DNA of 64,000 nucleotides from Candidatus Woesearchaeota archaeon (GCA_046484055.1 JAWOBY010000048.1:4596-68595), one strand, 5' to 3'; positions 25,675 through 35,481 are shown, counted from the first letter of the stretch. The notes: generated from the letters alone by a model not told the origin. A program made the numbers and translations.

Positions 25675-25979
25675 ACAGCCAGTCAGGACAGGAAGAATCC
25701 GGCCGAAAAGAGGCCGGCCGGAAAGAAAGCGGCGAGGGAAACGATAAGATACCGCAGGAGAAGAGTTTCAGGATAATAGTGAGGCCGAACGCGCCCGTCA
25801 CAGAGGTAAAGGCAGTGGATGAGGCGAGGAACGCGCTGAGGGTTGATGTTGCCGCGCCTCCTGACAAGGACAAGGCAAACAATGAGGTGATCAAATTCTT
25901 CTCAAAGCTCCTCAAGAAGAAGGTCGGGATAATCCACGGAAAGAAGTCAAGGGAGAAGGTTCTTAGTGTGAAGGGATAG
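25644..25979 (+). CDS. DUF167 (YggU-like) protein
   Basis: FRIIVRPNAPVTEVKAV...LRVDVAAPPDKDKANNEVIKFFSKLLKKKVGIIHGKKSREKVLSV matches the DUF167 core. The only canonical start overlaps tfs by 31 nt, so the start is uncertain. Confidence 0.7.
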   Translation: MQAYLEGLRINSQSGQEESGRKEAGRKESGEGNDKIPQEKSFRIIVRPNAPVTEVKAVDEARNALRVDVAAPPDKDKANNEVIKFFSKLLKKKVGIIHGKKSREKVLSVKG

Positions 25980-26024
25980 GGTTCTCTGATAAAACTCCCT
26001 GCTTCAGCAGATTTTCAGGAATAA

Positions 26025-27629
26025 TTATCCCTCTTGATCCCCTCTCAATGCCCCCACATAATCCGAGACACGCCTGAAACCTCTCTTTCTGGCGAGCTTC
26101 CTCATTACCTTGTGAGAGTTCGATCCGTACTGCGCGGCCCTCTTCTTCCTCATGGCCGTCTCCCTGTCCAGGCCTTCTCTCAGAGCGGCTTCCCTTAGTA
26201 TCATTTTCGTCTGGCCATGGCTTATCTTGTATCTTCCGGGAATCTTTAATGCGTATTTTACAAGATCTCTGTCAAGGAAAGGGAGCCTCAGTTCAAGGTT
26301 ATTATGCATGGCGACAGTATCATCCCTGTATGTGTCCCTCTCATGCATCTTCAAAAGGCCTTTCAGGCATTCCTCATTCACACTGTCAGTTCCGTTTTTC
26401 TCCCCCTTATCCTTCCCGCTCTTTTCCCCTCCTCTTTTTCCGCTTTTCTTTTCAGCTGCCATAGCATGCCTCTCATAACCGCCGAATATCTCCTCCGATC
26501 CGAGGCCTGAGAATATGGCCCTGCAGCCGTCTTTTTTCGCCTCCCTGCAGGCCAGATAGAACGGCAGGGCCACGCCGATCTTCATGACATCATCATCCTC
26601 AATGATGTCCATCACTCTCTTTAGATGCTTCTCAATATCTCTTTCTTTTATCTTTACTATCCTGAGTTTGAGTCCGAGCAGTTTTGCGGCTCTCTTTGCA
26701 TAACGCAGGTCCTCCGCTTCTTTCATCCCTCCGCTGCCGAAAGCTGCAGTGTAGCAGGTAAAGCTTCTGCCAGCACCGCGCATACCCTCTGCATATGCTT
26801 TTTCTGATTGCCTTTTCAGCAGCAGCGCAAGAAATCCTGAATCCACCCCTCCTGAGAAAAGAAGCCCGAACTTTTTTTCAGGCAGGCGTTTCATTACAGC
26901 TTCTGAAGCGAGTTCTGCAGTTTTTGTTTCTATGCGCTTCCTTGATGACCTCAAAACGGGCCTTGCGCTGAAGAATGCTCTTCTCCTGAAACTTATCTTC
27001 CCTTTGCTGACGTCATAAGTGAGCATTTTTCTCGGGTCCAGCTCTTTTATGTCCGTGAATCCCATCCTCTTCAGGGCCTTGCCTTCTGATGCGAACGCGA
27101 AAACACTCACTTGTCCTTTATTGCCTGATTCATCGTCAGTCTTATCATTAGTTTTATAATCAGTGAGATATGAACACCATAATGGCTTCACACCTATGAT
27201 ATCCCTTGCAAGGACAAGCTTTCCTCTGGTCATGTAAGCGAAGGCATACACTCCGTCAAGCAGCTCAAGGGTTTTATTGATGCGGCCGGCGCCGCTCTTC
27301 TGCAGGAGCCTGAACAGAGCTTCTGAGTCATTCCTTGCCTTCAGGCTGTGCTTCCTGTCAAGCTCTTTCCAGTTGTATATCTCGCAGTTGGATGTGAAAA
27401 TGGAGGGGCTGCTTCTATTGTCCTCCCCTTCCTTGTCATCTCTCCTGAGAGGCTGCCTGACATCGCCGTCCATGGAATGCAGGCAATGGCCCAATGCATA
27501 ATCATTGCCCTGTATGCTGCCTGTTTCATAAGAAGAGCCGTCCATCCCGCGATGCTCTATCTCTTTCATCCCTCTCCTTACCAAATGGAGGGCTTCCCCG
27601 CTTCCCGCAACGCCTATGATCCCGCACAT
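26025..27629 (-). CDS. asnB: asparagine synthase (glutamine-hydrolysing)-like amidotransferase
   Basis: MCGIIGV is the N-terminal nucleophile Cys. The PP-loop is LLFSGGVDSG. There is a K/G/E-rich insertion (EKKSGKRGGEKSGKDKGEKNG). Confidence 0.8.
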   Translation of the reverse strand: MCGIIGVAGSGEALHLVRRGMKEIEHRGMDGSSYETGSIQGNDYALGHCLHSMDGDVRQPLRRDDKEGEDNRSSPSIFTSNCEIYNWKELDRKHSLKARNDSEALFRLLQKSGAGRINKTLELLDGVYAFAYMTRGKLVLARDIIGVKPLWCSYLTDYKTNDKTDDESGNKGQVSVFAFASEGKALKRMGFTDIKELDPRKMLTYDVSKGKISFRRRAFFSARPVLRSSRKRIETKTAELASEAVMKRLPEKKFGLLFSGGVDSGFLALLLKRQSEKAYAEGMRGAGRSFTCYTAAFGSGGMKEAEDLRYAKRAAKLLGLKLRIVKIKERDIEKHLKRVMDIIEDDDVMKIGVALPFYLACREAKKDGCRAIFSGLGSEEIFGGYERHAMAAEKKSGKRGGEKSGKDKGEKNGTDSVNEECLKGLLKMHERDTYRDDTVAMHNNLELRLPFLDRDLVKYALKIPGRYKISHGQTKMILREAALREGLDRETAMRKKRAAQYGSNSHKVMRKLARKRGFRRVSDYVGALRGDQEG

Positions 27630-27769
27630 GATAATGATTCCCGAACAATCCTTTAAAAACCTTTTGAAGCGCCCGATGATTTATTATTCGTCAGCAATCC
27701 GTCAGCGTATGGCGCAGAACCATATGAAAAACTATATAAATCAACCAGCCTTCGGCTTCCAAGGGGGCA

Positions 27770-28471
27770 ATGGCAGAAATGGAAAAACAAAAAGGAAAAC
27801 TCATAGTCATAGAAGGTACTGACGGGAGCGGCAAGGCCACCCAGTCAGCACTGCTCGCCGAGAGGCTGAAGAAAGAAGGGTATGGGGTGGAGATGATAGA
27901 CTTCCCCCAGTACGGAAAGCCGTCCGCAAAACTGGTTGAGGATTATCTCAACGGCAAGCTCGGCGAGCTGGACAAGATCAGCCCTTATGAGGCAGCCAAA
28001 TTCTATGCTCTCGACCGCAAGGAGGCGGCGCCCAGGATAAGAGAATGGCTCAGTGAAGGCAAGATAGTCATAGCAAACAGGTATCAGCAGTCCAACAAGG
28101 GCCACCAGGCCGGCAGGATAAAATCAAATAAGGAGAGAAAGGAGTTCATGGAATGGATAGACAGCCTTGAATATACAGAGTTCGGGATACCCAGGCCTGA
28201 TAGAGTAATATTCCTTCATGTGCCCCCTCATGTATCCGAAGAGCTCATCACTGGCAGGGGCAACAAGAAGGACATTCATGAATCAGACATCCAGCACATG
28301 AGGGACACCGAGAGGGCATACATGGAGATAGCCCGGGATGAGGGGTGGGCAGTCATAGAATGCGCAGAGGATGACAGGAAGGCTGATAGCAGAATAATGC
28401 CTAAGGAGAAGATACACGAGATGGTATGGGAGGAAGTGGTAAGACTTCTAAAGGATTCGGGAGAAAATTGA
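27770..28471 (+). CDS. tmk: thymidylate kinase
   Basis: IVIEGTDGSGKATQ P-loop. DRY-like NRYQQSN. Length and lid region are consistent with Tmk. Confidence 0.85.
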   Translation: MAEMEKQKGKLIVIEGTDGSGKATQSALLAERLKKEGYGVEMIDFPQYGKPSAKLVEDYLNGKLGELDKISPYEAAKFYALDRKEAAPRIREWLSEGKIVIANRYQQSNKGHQAGRIKSNKERKEFMEWIDSLEYTEFGIPRPDRVIFLHVPPHVSEELITGRGNKKDIHESDIQHMRDTERAYMEIARDEGWAVIECAEDDRKADSRIMPKEKIHEMVWEEVVRLLKDSGEN

Positions 28472-28480
28472 TGATCCAGA

Positions 28481-29956
28481 ATGGCAGGGAAAGAAAAACA
28501 AGGGGAACAGGAAAAGCCAGGCGATGAAGAGCGGGGGAAGCAATGGCCTGTGTGTTTTTCTGAGCAGATGATAATCGGCAGCAGGGAAAGCAATGTGAGC
28601 ATAATAACACTATGGACGCAGAAAGAGCCAATAGCAGAAAAACTGGACAGGGAGAGCTATGCGACGATAGGCCAGCTATACTCCAAGGCGGGAATCAATG
28701 CAGTGCTGCGCAATGTTCTTGCGAACCCATCCATAAGATATATCATTGTCTGCGGCGCTGACAAGTCCGGAAGCGGTGAAGCGCTGTTGAGTCTTGCAAT
28801 GAACGGAATTGATGATAACCACAATATCTCAGGTGTTGAGAACGCGCACATAGAGAAAGAGATTCCCGCAGAAGCGGTGGAGGAATTCCGACGTAATGTT
28901 GAGGTCATTGACATGAGGGGGGTAACTGATCCTGCAGGGATCAGTCGCAGGATAAACAGCCTTGAGAGCAGAGGGCCATTTGCAGAGCCCAAGTTCTTTC
29001 CTGCGGCGAAGCCTGACCTTCCTGAAAGATACCCCACAGACCCCTCAGTCTTCAAGGTGCGCGCCGGCACGATAGGCATCGCATGGCTGACCGTCCTGAG
29101 CAAGATAATGAAGTTCGGCCATAACAAGAGGAGCCATCACAGCTCAGGCCAGAAGGAGCTCCTGAATATTGTGGCAGTGATAACAGGAGAGGATCCCGAA
29201 AACATAGCATGGTATGAATTCTTCAACTTCACAAGGAAAGAGCTGGAGGAGTATTACCCTCAGGTTCTGACTTCCAGGAGCATAAAAGGCATAAATTACA
29301 CGTACGGCCAGCGCCTGATGGATTACAACGGCATTGACCAGATAAAGAGCGTGATAGAAAAGCTGAAGAAAGAGCCTTTCACCAGGAGAGCGATAGCAGT
29401 CACATGGGAGGCTGACAAGGATGTGTATAACAAGAACGCGCCCTGCCTCGACCTTGTCAATTTCATAGTGCAGGACAACAAGCTTTTCATGAACGCATAT
29501 TTCAGGAGCCATGACATGTACAGGGGGTGGCCGCAGAACTGCTTCGCCCTGAGAAAGCTCCAGAAGCACGTTTCGGATGAGACAGGCATCCCTATGGGTG
29601 ACATGACAATATTCAGCGCTTCAGCGCACATATATGAAGAGAACATCAATGAGGTCCAGGAGATCATTGACATGTATTATGAAGGGCCTGAGCATGAATG
29701 GGACCCAAGAGGGAATATGGTGATAGGCATTGACAGGGAGAACATGGAGATTGTCATATCCCATCAAAGCCATGACGGCCGGAAACTCGAAGAATTAAGG
29801 GGCAGCAGTGTGAAGGAGCTGGCGGGAAAGCTTGAGAAGCACCATACGATATCCCAGACAGCGCATGCGCTTGATATAGGATCGGAACTCCAAAAAGCGT
29901 ATATTGCGATGAGAAACGGCCTTGAATACGTGCAGGATAACGATATCAAGATTTGA
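28481..29956 (+). CDS. thyA: thymidylate synthase (ThyA family) fused to an N-terminal MtrA-like domain
   Basis: C-terminal half: RRAIAVTWE, NAPCLDLVNFIVQDNKL (catalytic Cys), FRSHDMYRGWPQN, SAHIYEEN. N-terminal half: AVLRNVLANPSIRYIIVCGADKSGSGEAL resembles the methyltransferase subunit A-like fold. Confidence 0.75.
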   Translation: MAGKEKQGEQEKPGDEERGKQWPVCFSEQMIIGSRESNVSIITLWTQKEPIAEKLDRESYATIGQLYSKAGINAVLRNVLANPSIRYIIVCGADKSGSGEALLSLAMNGIDDNHNISGVENAHIEKEIPAEAVEEFRRNVEVIDMRGVTDPAGISRRINSLESRGPFAEPKFFPAAKPDLPERYPTDPSVFKVRAGTIGIAWLTVLSKIMKFGHNKRSHHSSGQKELLNIVAVITGEDPENIAWYEFFNFTRKELEEYYPQVLTSRSIKGINYTYGQRLMDYNGIDQIKSVIEKLKKEPFTRRAIAVTWEADKDVYNKNAPCLDLVNFIVQDNKLFMNAYFRSHDMYRGWPQNCFALRKLQKHVSDETGIPMGDMTIFSASAHIYEENINEVQEIIDMYYEGPEHEWDPRGNMVIGIDRENMEIVISHQSHDGRKLEELRGSSVKELAGKLEKHHTISQTAHALDIGSELQKAYIAMRNGLEYVQDNDIKI

Positions 29957-30022
29957 CGATTAACCAATCATGATCTTAAATCAATCACACTTAAGACTCG
30001 GCCCATATGGCTGCAGGGCAGG

Positions 30023-30130
30023 TCATTCCTCCTCCCCGCTCCTGTCCTCGTCTTCCTCCTCCTCTTCATCAGAATTGAAGAACTTGTCCAGTTTCCTGCA
30101 CTCCCTCTGCGCGTTGTAACTAACTGCCAT
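30023..30130 (-). CDS. possible 35-aa acidic micro-protein
   Basis: ATG at 30130 is preceded by AGAGGTGAT with 4-nt spacing. It translates to MAVSYNAQRECRKLDKFFNSDEEEEEDEDRSGEEE. Confidence 0.25.
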   Translation of the reverse strand: MAVSYNAQRECRKLDKFFNSDEEEEEDEDRSGEEE

Positions 30131-30243
30131 TCATATCACCTCTTTACAGGCCTTAATGCATTGCCCTTTTTATTGTTTTTGCCGAGGGGGATGATGGTTC
30201 CAACATAACACGCTTTCAGCGCTTTTGGGCCGCGAATTCTGAT

Positions 30244-30666
30244 TCATTTCCCCGTGCTGCCGAAGCCGTTGTGAGCCCTATCAGTGTCATCCAGAGAGTC
30301 CGATTCCTCAATTATAGGGGATGCCACGGGCTGTATCGCCATCTGAGCTATCCTCATCCCTTCCTCAATCCTGAAGTCCTCTTTGCCGAGGTTTATCATG
30401 ACCACTTTTATCTCGCCCCTGTAGCCTGAATCAACCACTCCTGCCATAGTATGGACAGATTCCTTGGCCGCGATGCCGCTCCTGTCCCATACAAAACCTG
30501 CATGGCCCTCAGGTATCGCCATGCTTATCCCTGTGCTTATGACTTTCTTTTCCATTGGCTTGAGGACAGCGCACTCACAAGAGACCAGATCTACGGCCGC
30601 ATCGCCTTGTTTGGAGTATGCGGGAAGAACTGCTTTGTCATTGAGCCGCTTGACTTTTAATTTCAT
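30244..30666 (-). CDS. dut: dUTP diphosphatase (trimeric dUTPase)
   Basis: AVDLVS, GVVDSGYRGEI, RIAQM and the C-terminal GFGSTGK are the five dUTPase motifs. Confidence 0.9.
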   Translation of the reverse strand: MKLKVKRLNDKAVLPAYSKQGDAAVDLVSCECAVLKPMEKKVISTGISMAIPEGHAGFVWDRSGIAAKESVHTMAGVVDSGYRGEIKVVMINLGKEDFRIEEGMRIAQMAIQPVASPIIEESDSLDDTDRAHNGFGSTGK

Positions 30667-30784
30667 ATTATCAGAAGGGTGTGGGAATTTGTTTTTAAAT
30701 TAGATTGAGATAAATAATATATGCTTGAGATGCTATTATAGGGTAAGATATCAGATATGGCGCGCAGAAGCCCGCATCCATTCA

Positions 30785-31312
30785 TCATTCCTTCTGTTGG
30801 CTGCTTGGGAACTGTATGAGGGACACAAGGTGGTCCTCCACTATATCACCTGTCCCTGCATCGACTTTTATGTTGAGGGTCTTGAATGTCTTTGTGACAT
30901 ATGTTATATTGTATATCTGGCCGTAAGGGCTGAGCTTCTGAAGTATCACTATGACCTTGATAGGGATCTCGGCAGGGTACTTCTCCTTCTGGAGCTTGTC
31001 TGCTGTGGACAGCGCATCACCCACTTCTATATCCACGCTTTCCAGGTCAAGCCTATTGACTTCCATATCAGGCCTTTTGAAGACCTCCTCTTCAGACCTG
31101 ATATCCACTTTCCTCTCGTCCTTCCCTGAGATATCAAAGGTCGTGGCCTTCTCATTCTCCTTGTTGTAATATCCTACCTGGAGCTTGTCCTCTTCATCCC
31201 CTGTCATGAAGAGTATGTATGAAAGGAAATTATCTTTGTTCTCACTCTTGCCCTTCCACTCCCTGAACTTATCATTCTTTTGCAGGGCCTCCACTTCTCT
31301 CTTCAGTTCCAT
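30785..31312 (-). CDS. hypothetical protein with PepSY-like repeats
   Basis: 175-aa ORF. The C-terminal YNITYVTKTFKTLNIKVDAGTGDIVE resembles a PepSY beta-hairpin motif. Confidence 0.45.
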   Translation of the reverse strand: MELKREVEALQKNDKFREWKGKSENKDNFLSYILFMTGDEEDKLQVGYYNKENEKATTFDISGKDERKVDIRSEEEVFKRPDMEVNRLDLESVDIEVGDALSTADKLQKEKYPAEIPIKVIVILQKLSPYGQIYNITYVTKTFKTLNIKVDAGTGDIVEDHLVSLIQFPSSQQKE

Positions 31313-31369
31313 GCATATGAGGTTTATCTGTTCATTTAAAACTTTTTTGCTGTGTTTTTTCAGAACATT

Positions 31370-31939
31370 TCAGAACAGCCAGACTATCATCCCGCTCATG
31401 AGCAGCATGCTGCCGAGATCAGCCACTGAGGTTGTAAGGGGGATGAGGAAATTGTCGGGATTCTTGTCCTTTTTGAATATGTAGACCCCTGCGGTCGCTG
31501 AAAGCCAGAAGATGAAGACAGCCAGGATGGCGGTTATCATGACTGTCACGACCAAAAGCTTGGCCACAAATACCAGTGTCAGGTCGAACCCTTTCAGCAC
31601 TGAAGCTATGCTGGCCAGCGCGCTTATGTATACCGCGCTTATGAACGAGATTATGGAGAACAATATGAACAGGTTTCCTGCCTTGTGGGACTTGAATATG
31701 TTGCTCCCTTTCAGCTCGCCCATGTAAAGCATGGTTGAGATCCTTGAGGATATGACTGTACCGAAACCGCCCACCATGTTGTTCATTGCAGGCACCAGTA
31801 TAAGGAAGGGTATCAGGACAACAAGCTTCTCGTTTATACTCTCCAGACCGACTCCACCTATGGAGCTTATGACAGAGGTCACTATCAGCAGTTTCCCGCT
31901 CTCATTCATTATCTTCCAGAATGCTTTCATATCCATCAT
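31370..31939 (-). CDS. MgtE-like divalent cation transporter membrane domain protein
   Basis: Five TM segments. PAMNNMVGGFGTVISSRIST and TSVADLGSMLL resemble the MgtE C-terminal domain. It overlaps the upstream paralogue by 4 nt. Confidence 0.7.
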   Translation of the reverse strand: MMDMKAFWKIMNESGKLLIVTSVISSIGGVGLESINEKLVVLIPFLILVPAMNNMVGGFGTVISSRISTMLYMGELKGSNIFKSHKAGNLFILFSIISFISAVYISALASIASVLKGFDLTLVFVAKLLVVTVMITAILAVFIFWLSATAGVYIFKKDKNPDNFLIPLTTSVADLGSMLLMSGMIVWLF

Positions 31940-32481
31940 GCTATCACCATCACAGCAATGAATAATGAGAGCATGCTTATCAGGTCGCCTGTGGTCGTAA
32001 CGTAAGGCCCCATCATGTTATCAGGGTCATAACCTTTCCTGAAAAGCAGGAAGCCCATGGATACTGTTGAGGGTATCATCACTATGTTTGATATGATCCC
32101 CCCAGCCAGCGCTATCGCCACTATCCTGAAGTATATGACATCAAAATAGATGTATGTTGCAAGCAGGGATACAAGGCCGAGAACAAGGCTTATGAGCAGA
32201 ACGAGCGAGAATGCCGCAAGGACGTTCTGCATGAGGAATGCGGAGCCGGAGCCTCTTATCCTCGGCTTTATGTGCCCCATATGCAGGGCAGAGCTCAATC
32301 TTGAGGAGAGCGATCCCGATATGCTGCCTCTCATCTCCAGGAAGCCGGGGATGAGTATGAGGAGGCCGGGTATGACAAGAAGATCCTCCTTGAGATATGC
32401 AAGAAGAACTCCCGCGAGTATCCCTCCTGTTATGGACAGCAGCTGTCCTGCGGATATCTCCCTGAAGTCAGAGTGAGCCAT
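31936..32481 (-). CDS. MgtE-like divalent cation transporter membrane domain protein (paralogue)
   Basis: PGFLEMRGSISGSLSSRLSS and TTTGDLISMLSL are paralogous to 31370-31939. Confidence 0.7.
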   Translation of the reverse strand: MAHSDFREISAGQLLSITGGILAGVLLAYLKEDLLVIPGLLILIPGFLEMRGSISGSLSSRLSSALHMGHIKPRIRGSGSAFLMQNVLAAFSLVLLISLVLGLVSLLATYIYFDVIYFRIVAIALAGGIISNIVMIPSTVSMGFLLFRKGYDPDNMMGPYVTTTGDLISMLSLFIAVMVIA

Positions 32482-32512
32482 CGGTCAACCTCTTAAATTG
32501 CAGGCCCATCTA

Positions 32513-33070
32513 TCAATCCTTTCGGCCTTTCTTTTCCTGGGCGCGTTTCTTGAACGTCCTGTCTCCATTGTAGGTCCCTACAGCGATAACCTCATCACCG
32601 GGCATCATCTTTGTGTCCTTATCGATGTTGAATATCCATGAATCCTTCCTCTTTATGCCTATGATGGTGGCGCCGGTGTCTGTCCTTATTGCGTTCTCTC
32701 CTATGGTCTTTTTGGCGTAGGGGGATCCTGCGGAGATCTTGGCTGTTATGACCTTCTCGTTGCTTTCCCTGAATATGTCCTTTATTATGTCCGGCCTTTT
32801 CCCTTCTGAAAGTTCCGCGATGTGGAGGGAAGCGTTGGCCATGTCTTTTATTGAGTCGAGGAGGTCCACTATGAACATCCTCTCGTCCTCCGGCTCTTTC
32901 ACCCTGAAGAGCATCTTCAGGGTGCTTTCCTCAAGCATGGATACTTCCTTGTGCATCTCTTTCACCTTGTCCGCTATCTCCCTGTCCCTGAGAAATACAG
33001 CAGAGTAAGCGAGATCCTGCATCAGTTCTGTAAGGTCTTTCATCCTCAGAAGATTCTCTTTTATGTTCAT
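32513..33070 (-). CDS. PhoU-like helical domain + TrkA-C (RCK_C) regulatory protein
   Basis: The N-terminus has PhoU/DUF47-like helices. The C-terminus is KKTIGENAIRTDTGATIIGIKRKD...MMPGDEVIAVGT (TrkA-C). It is the first gene of the MgtE-like operon. Confidence 0.65.
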   Translation of the reverse strand: MNIKENLLRMKDLTELMQDLAYSAVFLRDREIADKVKEMHKEVSMLEESTLKMLFRVKEPEDERMFIVDLLDSIKDMANASLHIAELSEGKRPDIIKDIFRESNEKVITAKISAGSPYAKKTIGENAIRTDTGATIIGIKRKDSWIFNIDKDTKMMPGDEVIAVGTYNGDRTFKKRAQEKKGRKD

Positions 33071-33189
33071 TGGATCACCTCATACCTCATCTTGCGTTTT
33101 ACAGCAATTTAATGATGCTGCCTGTATTTTAATGATATTGCATGTATTCTGGAGGGAGGATTAATAAAGGTTTTGATGATAGGGGTATC

Positions 33190-33927
33190 TTATGGAGGGC
33201 TCTTCAGAAACTCGACCATGCTTTGAATGCTCTTGTCCCTTCTGAGGATGAGATTGGGATGCCTGCCGTACCTGTTCTCTATCGCATTGAATATCCTGTT
33301 CTCTATCATTGCAGCCCTCAGGGAGTCGTAGCTGCTCATGTGCCTCCTGTTCTCGTCGGGTCCGTACACTATCAATCTTGTACCCTTTCCTTCGCACTCG
33401 GCGAGCATTGGTTCGATCACATCAGGGAGTGACTTTTCTATTGCTCCCTTCGAAAGCAGTTTCTGCACCCTCTCCTCTTCAGGCAGCTCGATGAACCACC
33501 TGCTTGGCTGGTAAAGTTTCATCGCGCCTATAGCTGCGTAATTGAAATGATCTAATGCTGTCCTGAGCTCATCAAACTCTGTTGATACGTGGTAATCAAT
33601 CCCAGAATTGTACAATGTGCTGTAGAGCCTGAGGAACTTCCTTGCCTTCATCGGATCCTGGAACAGGGCAGGGAATACGCTGTATAGTGCATCAGGCGGC
33701 ATGCCGAGGTACTGGTCTTCCCTTCTGCCTAGAAGCATGGATACCTTTCCGGGTGTGTTGTCCCCTCCATTGCCCCTCGGCTTCCCTCTCATCTGCTCAA
33801 GGACCTTCATGCAGTGTTCCATCATGACACGGCTGTCTGCTTCATGACTGTTATTGTCAATGCCATCATCAGCGTTATCATCAGCATGGAGTTCGGGGCA
33901 GACAGTCAGTAGGCTGTCAGGTTCCAT
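33190..33927 (-). CDS. hypothetical protein
   Basis: 245-aa ORF with an acidic N-terminus. No recognised family. The start is uncertain (alternative MMEHCMK). Confidence 0.4.
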   Translation of the reverse strand: MEPDSLLTVCPELHADDNADDGIDNNSHEADSRVMMEHCMKVLEQMRGKPRGNGGDNTPGKVSMLLGRREDQYLGMPPDALYSVFPALFQDPMKARKFLRLYSTLYNSGIDYHVSTEFDELRTALDHFNYAAIGAMKLYQPSRWFIELPEEERVQKLLSKGAIEKSLPDVIEPMLAECEGKGTRLIVYGPDENRRHMSSYDSLRAAMIENRIFNAIENRYGRHPNLILRRDKSIQSMVEFLKSPP

Positions 33928-34125
33928 ACATGATACAGGGGTTTCAGGATATTTAAATGTTTGGGGTTATGCTGATGTTCCAGGCCACCCATGTTCAGCC
34001 CCAGCTTCGGCCCATCGATTGCGGAATCGTTCCATAACCTTTTTATACATGGAAACCAATAATATAGGTGTAAACGTTATGTCAGGGATAAACAGTCAGG
34101 GGATAAACAGTAAACAGGATGATGT

Positions 34126-35397
34126 TTGATGGGAATGATAGCGGACCTGCACGTCCACAGCAGATTTTCAAGGGGGACCAGCAATAGCCTCAACATAGAC
34201 AATCTTGAGAAATATGCCCTCATCAAGGGTGTTGATCTTCTCGGCACAGGGGATTTTACGCATCCCGAGTGGATTAAAGAGCTGAAGCAGAAGCTTGAAG
34301 AGGACGGCACAGGCATATTGAGGACAAAGAATGGATATCCTTTCATGCTCCAGACAGAGATATCCTTAATCTACTCCCAGGGCGGCGCTGGCAGGAAGGT
34401 CCATATGGTTGTCCTTGCGAAGGATTTTGGTATAGTGGACCAGATAACCTCCGCCCTGAAAAAGCGCGGCAGGGTGGATTATGATGGCAGGCCCATATTC
34501 GGGATTCCATGCCCTGAATTCGTCGAGATGATGAAGGGTATTGACAGAAGCATAGAGCTGATACCTGCGCATGTGTGGACTCCATGGTTCAGCCTTTTCG
34601 GCTCCCGCTCAGGATTCAATTCTGTGAAGGAATGCTTCCAGGACCAGACAAAACATATCCATGCGCTGGAGACCGGGCTCAGCTCTGACCCTGAGATGAA
34701 CTGGCGCCTCAGCCAGCTTGATCCTTATGCCCTTGTTTCTTTCTCTGACCTGCACAGCTACTGGCCGTGGCGCATAGGCAGGGAGGCCACTGTATTCGAC
34801 ACAAAACCCTCATATGACAGTATCATGAAAGCGATAAGGACAAAAAAGGGTTTGAAGGAGACGATAGAGGTCGATCCCGGTTATGGCAAGTATCATTACA
34901 CCGGCCACAGGAACTGCAATGTCTGCCTTGACCCCAAAAAATCATTGGATAGTGAGGGTATCTGCCCGAAGTGCGGGGGGAAGCTCACAGTAGGTGTTCT
35001 GGAGAGGGTTGAGGAACTTGCGGACAGGCCTCCCGGCTACAGGCCGAAGGATGCGAAGCCTTTCAGGAAGCTGATCCCCCTCTCAGAGATAATCGCCCAT
35101 ATTCTTGGGAAATCCATAGCGACACAGGCGGTCTGGAAGGAGTACAATAACCTGATAAACAATCTAGGCTCAGAATTGAGCGTCCTGCTTGAGGCAGGGA
35201 AGGATGAATTAATGAGATTCACCGGCCAGAGGATAGCTGACGCGGTGATGAAGAACAGGGAAGGGAAGATCAGGATAAAGCCGGGTTATGACGGCGAATA
35301 TGGTGCGCCTCTGTTCAATGAGGGGCGGCATAAGCCTTTCTCTGGACCTGTAAAAGGATTTAAGGGACAGAAACAGACATCATTGGGAGAGTTCTGA
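34126..35397 (+). CDS. endoQ: endonuclease Q (PHP-domain, zinc-ribbon; TIGR00375-like)
   Basis: IADLHVHSRFSRG ... LLGTGDFTHPEW ... IPAHVWTPWFSLFG ... LETGLSSD ... SFSDLHS ... CPKCGGKLTVGVLERVEELAD ... GYDGEYG closely parallels the Pyrococcus EndoQ architecture as I recall it. Confidence 0.75.
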   Translation: MMGMIADLHVHSRFSRGTSNSLNIDNLEKYALIKGVDLLGTGDFTHPEWIKELKQKLEEDGTGILRTKNGYPFMLQTEISLIYSQGGAGRKVHMVVLAKDFGIVDQITSALKKRGRVDYDGRPIFGIPCPEFVEMMKGIDRSIELIPAHVWTPWFSLFGSRSGFNSVKECFQDQTKHIHALETGLSSDPEMNWRLSQLDPYALVSFSDLHSYWPWRIGREATVFDTKPSYDSIMKAIRTKKGLKETIEVDPGYGKYHYTGHRNCNVCLDPKKSLDSEGICPKCGGKLTVGVLERVEELADRPPGYRPKDAKPFRKLIPLSEIIAHILGKSIATQAVWKEYNNLINNLGSELSVLLEAGKDELMRFTGQRIADAVMKNREGKIRIKPGYDGEYGAPLFNEGRHKPFSGPVKGFKGQKQTSLGEF

Positions 35398-35481
35398 TAT
35401 AATATCCTGATACTGCTCTCTTATGCCCATTTCTGATATCATGATGATATATGCTGTTGTGATAAACTGCCCCCTCCCGGC

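Noticed and set aside
35432-35470. ATGATGA (C-box consensus) at 35441-47, with a nearby CTGA
   Set aside because: The CTGA precedes rather than follows the C box. There is no D box 3' of a 12-nt guide and no terminal stem.
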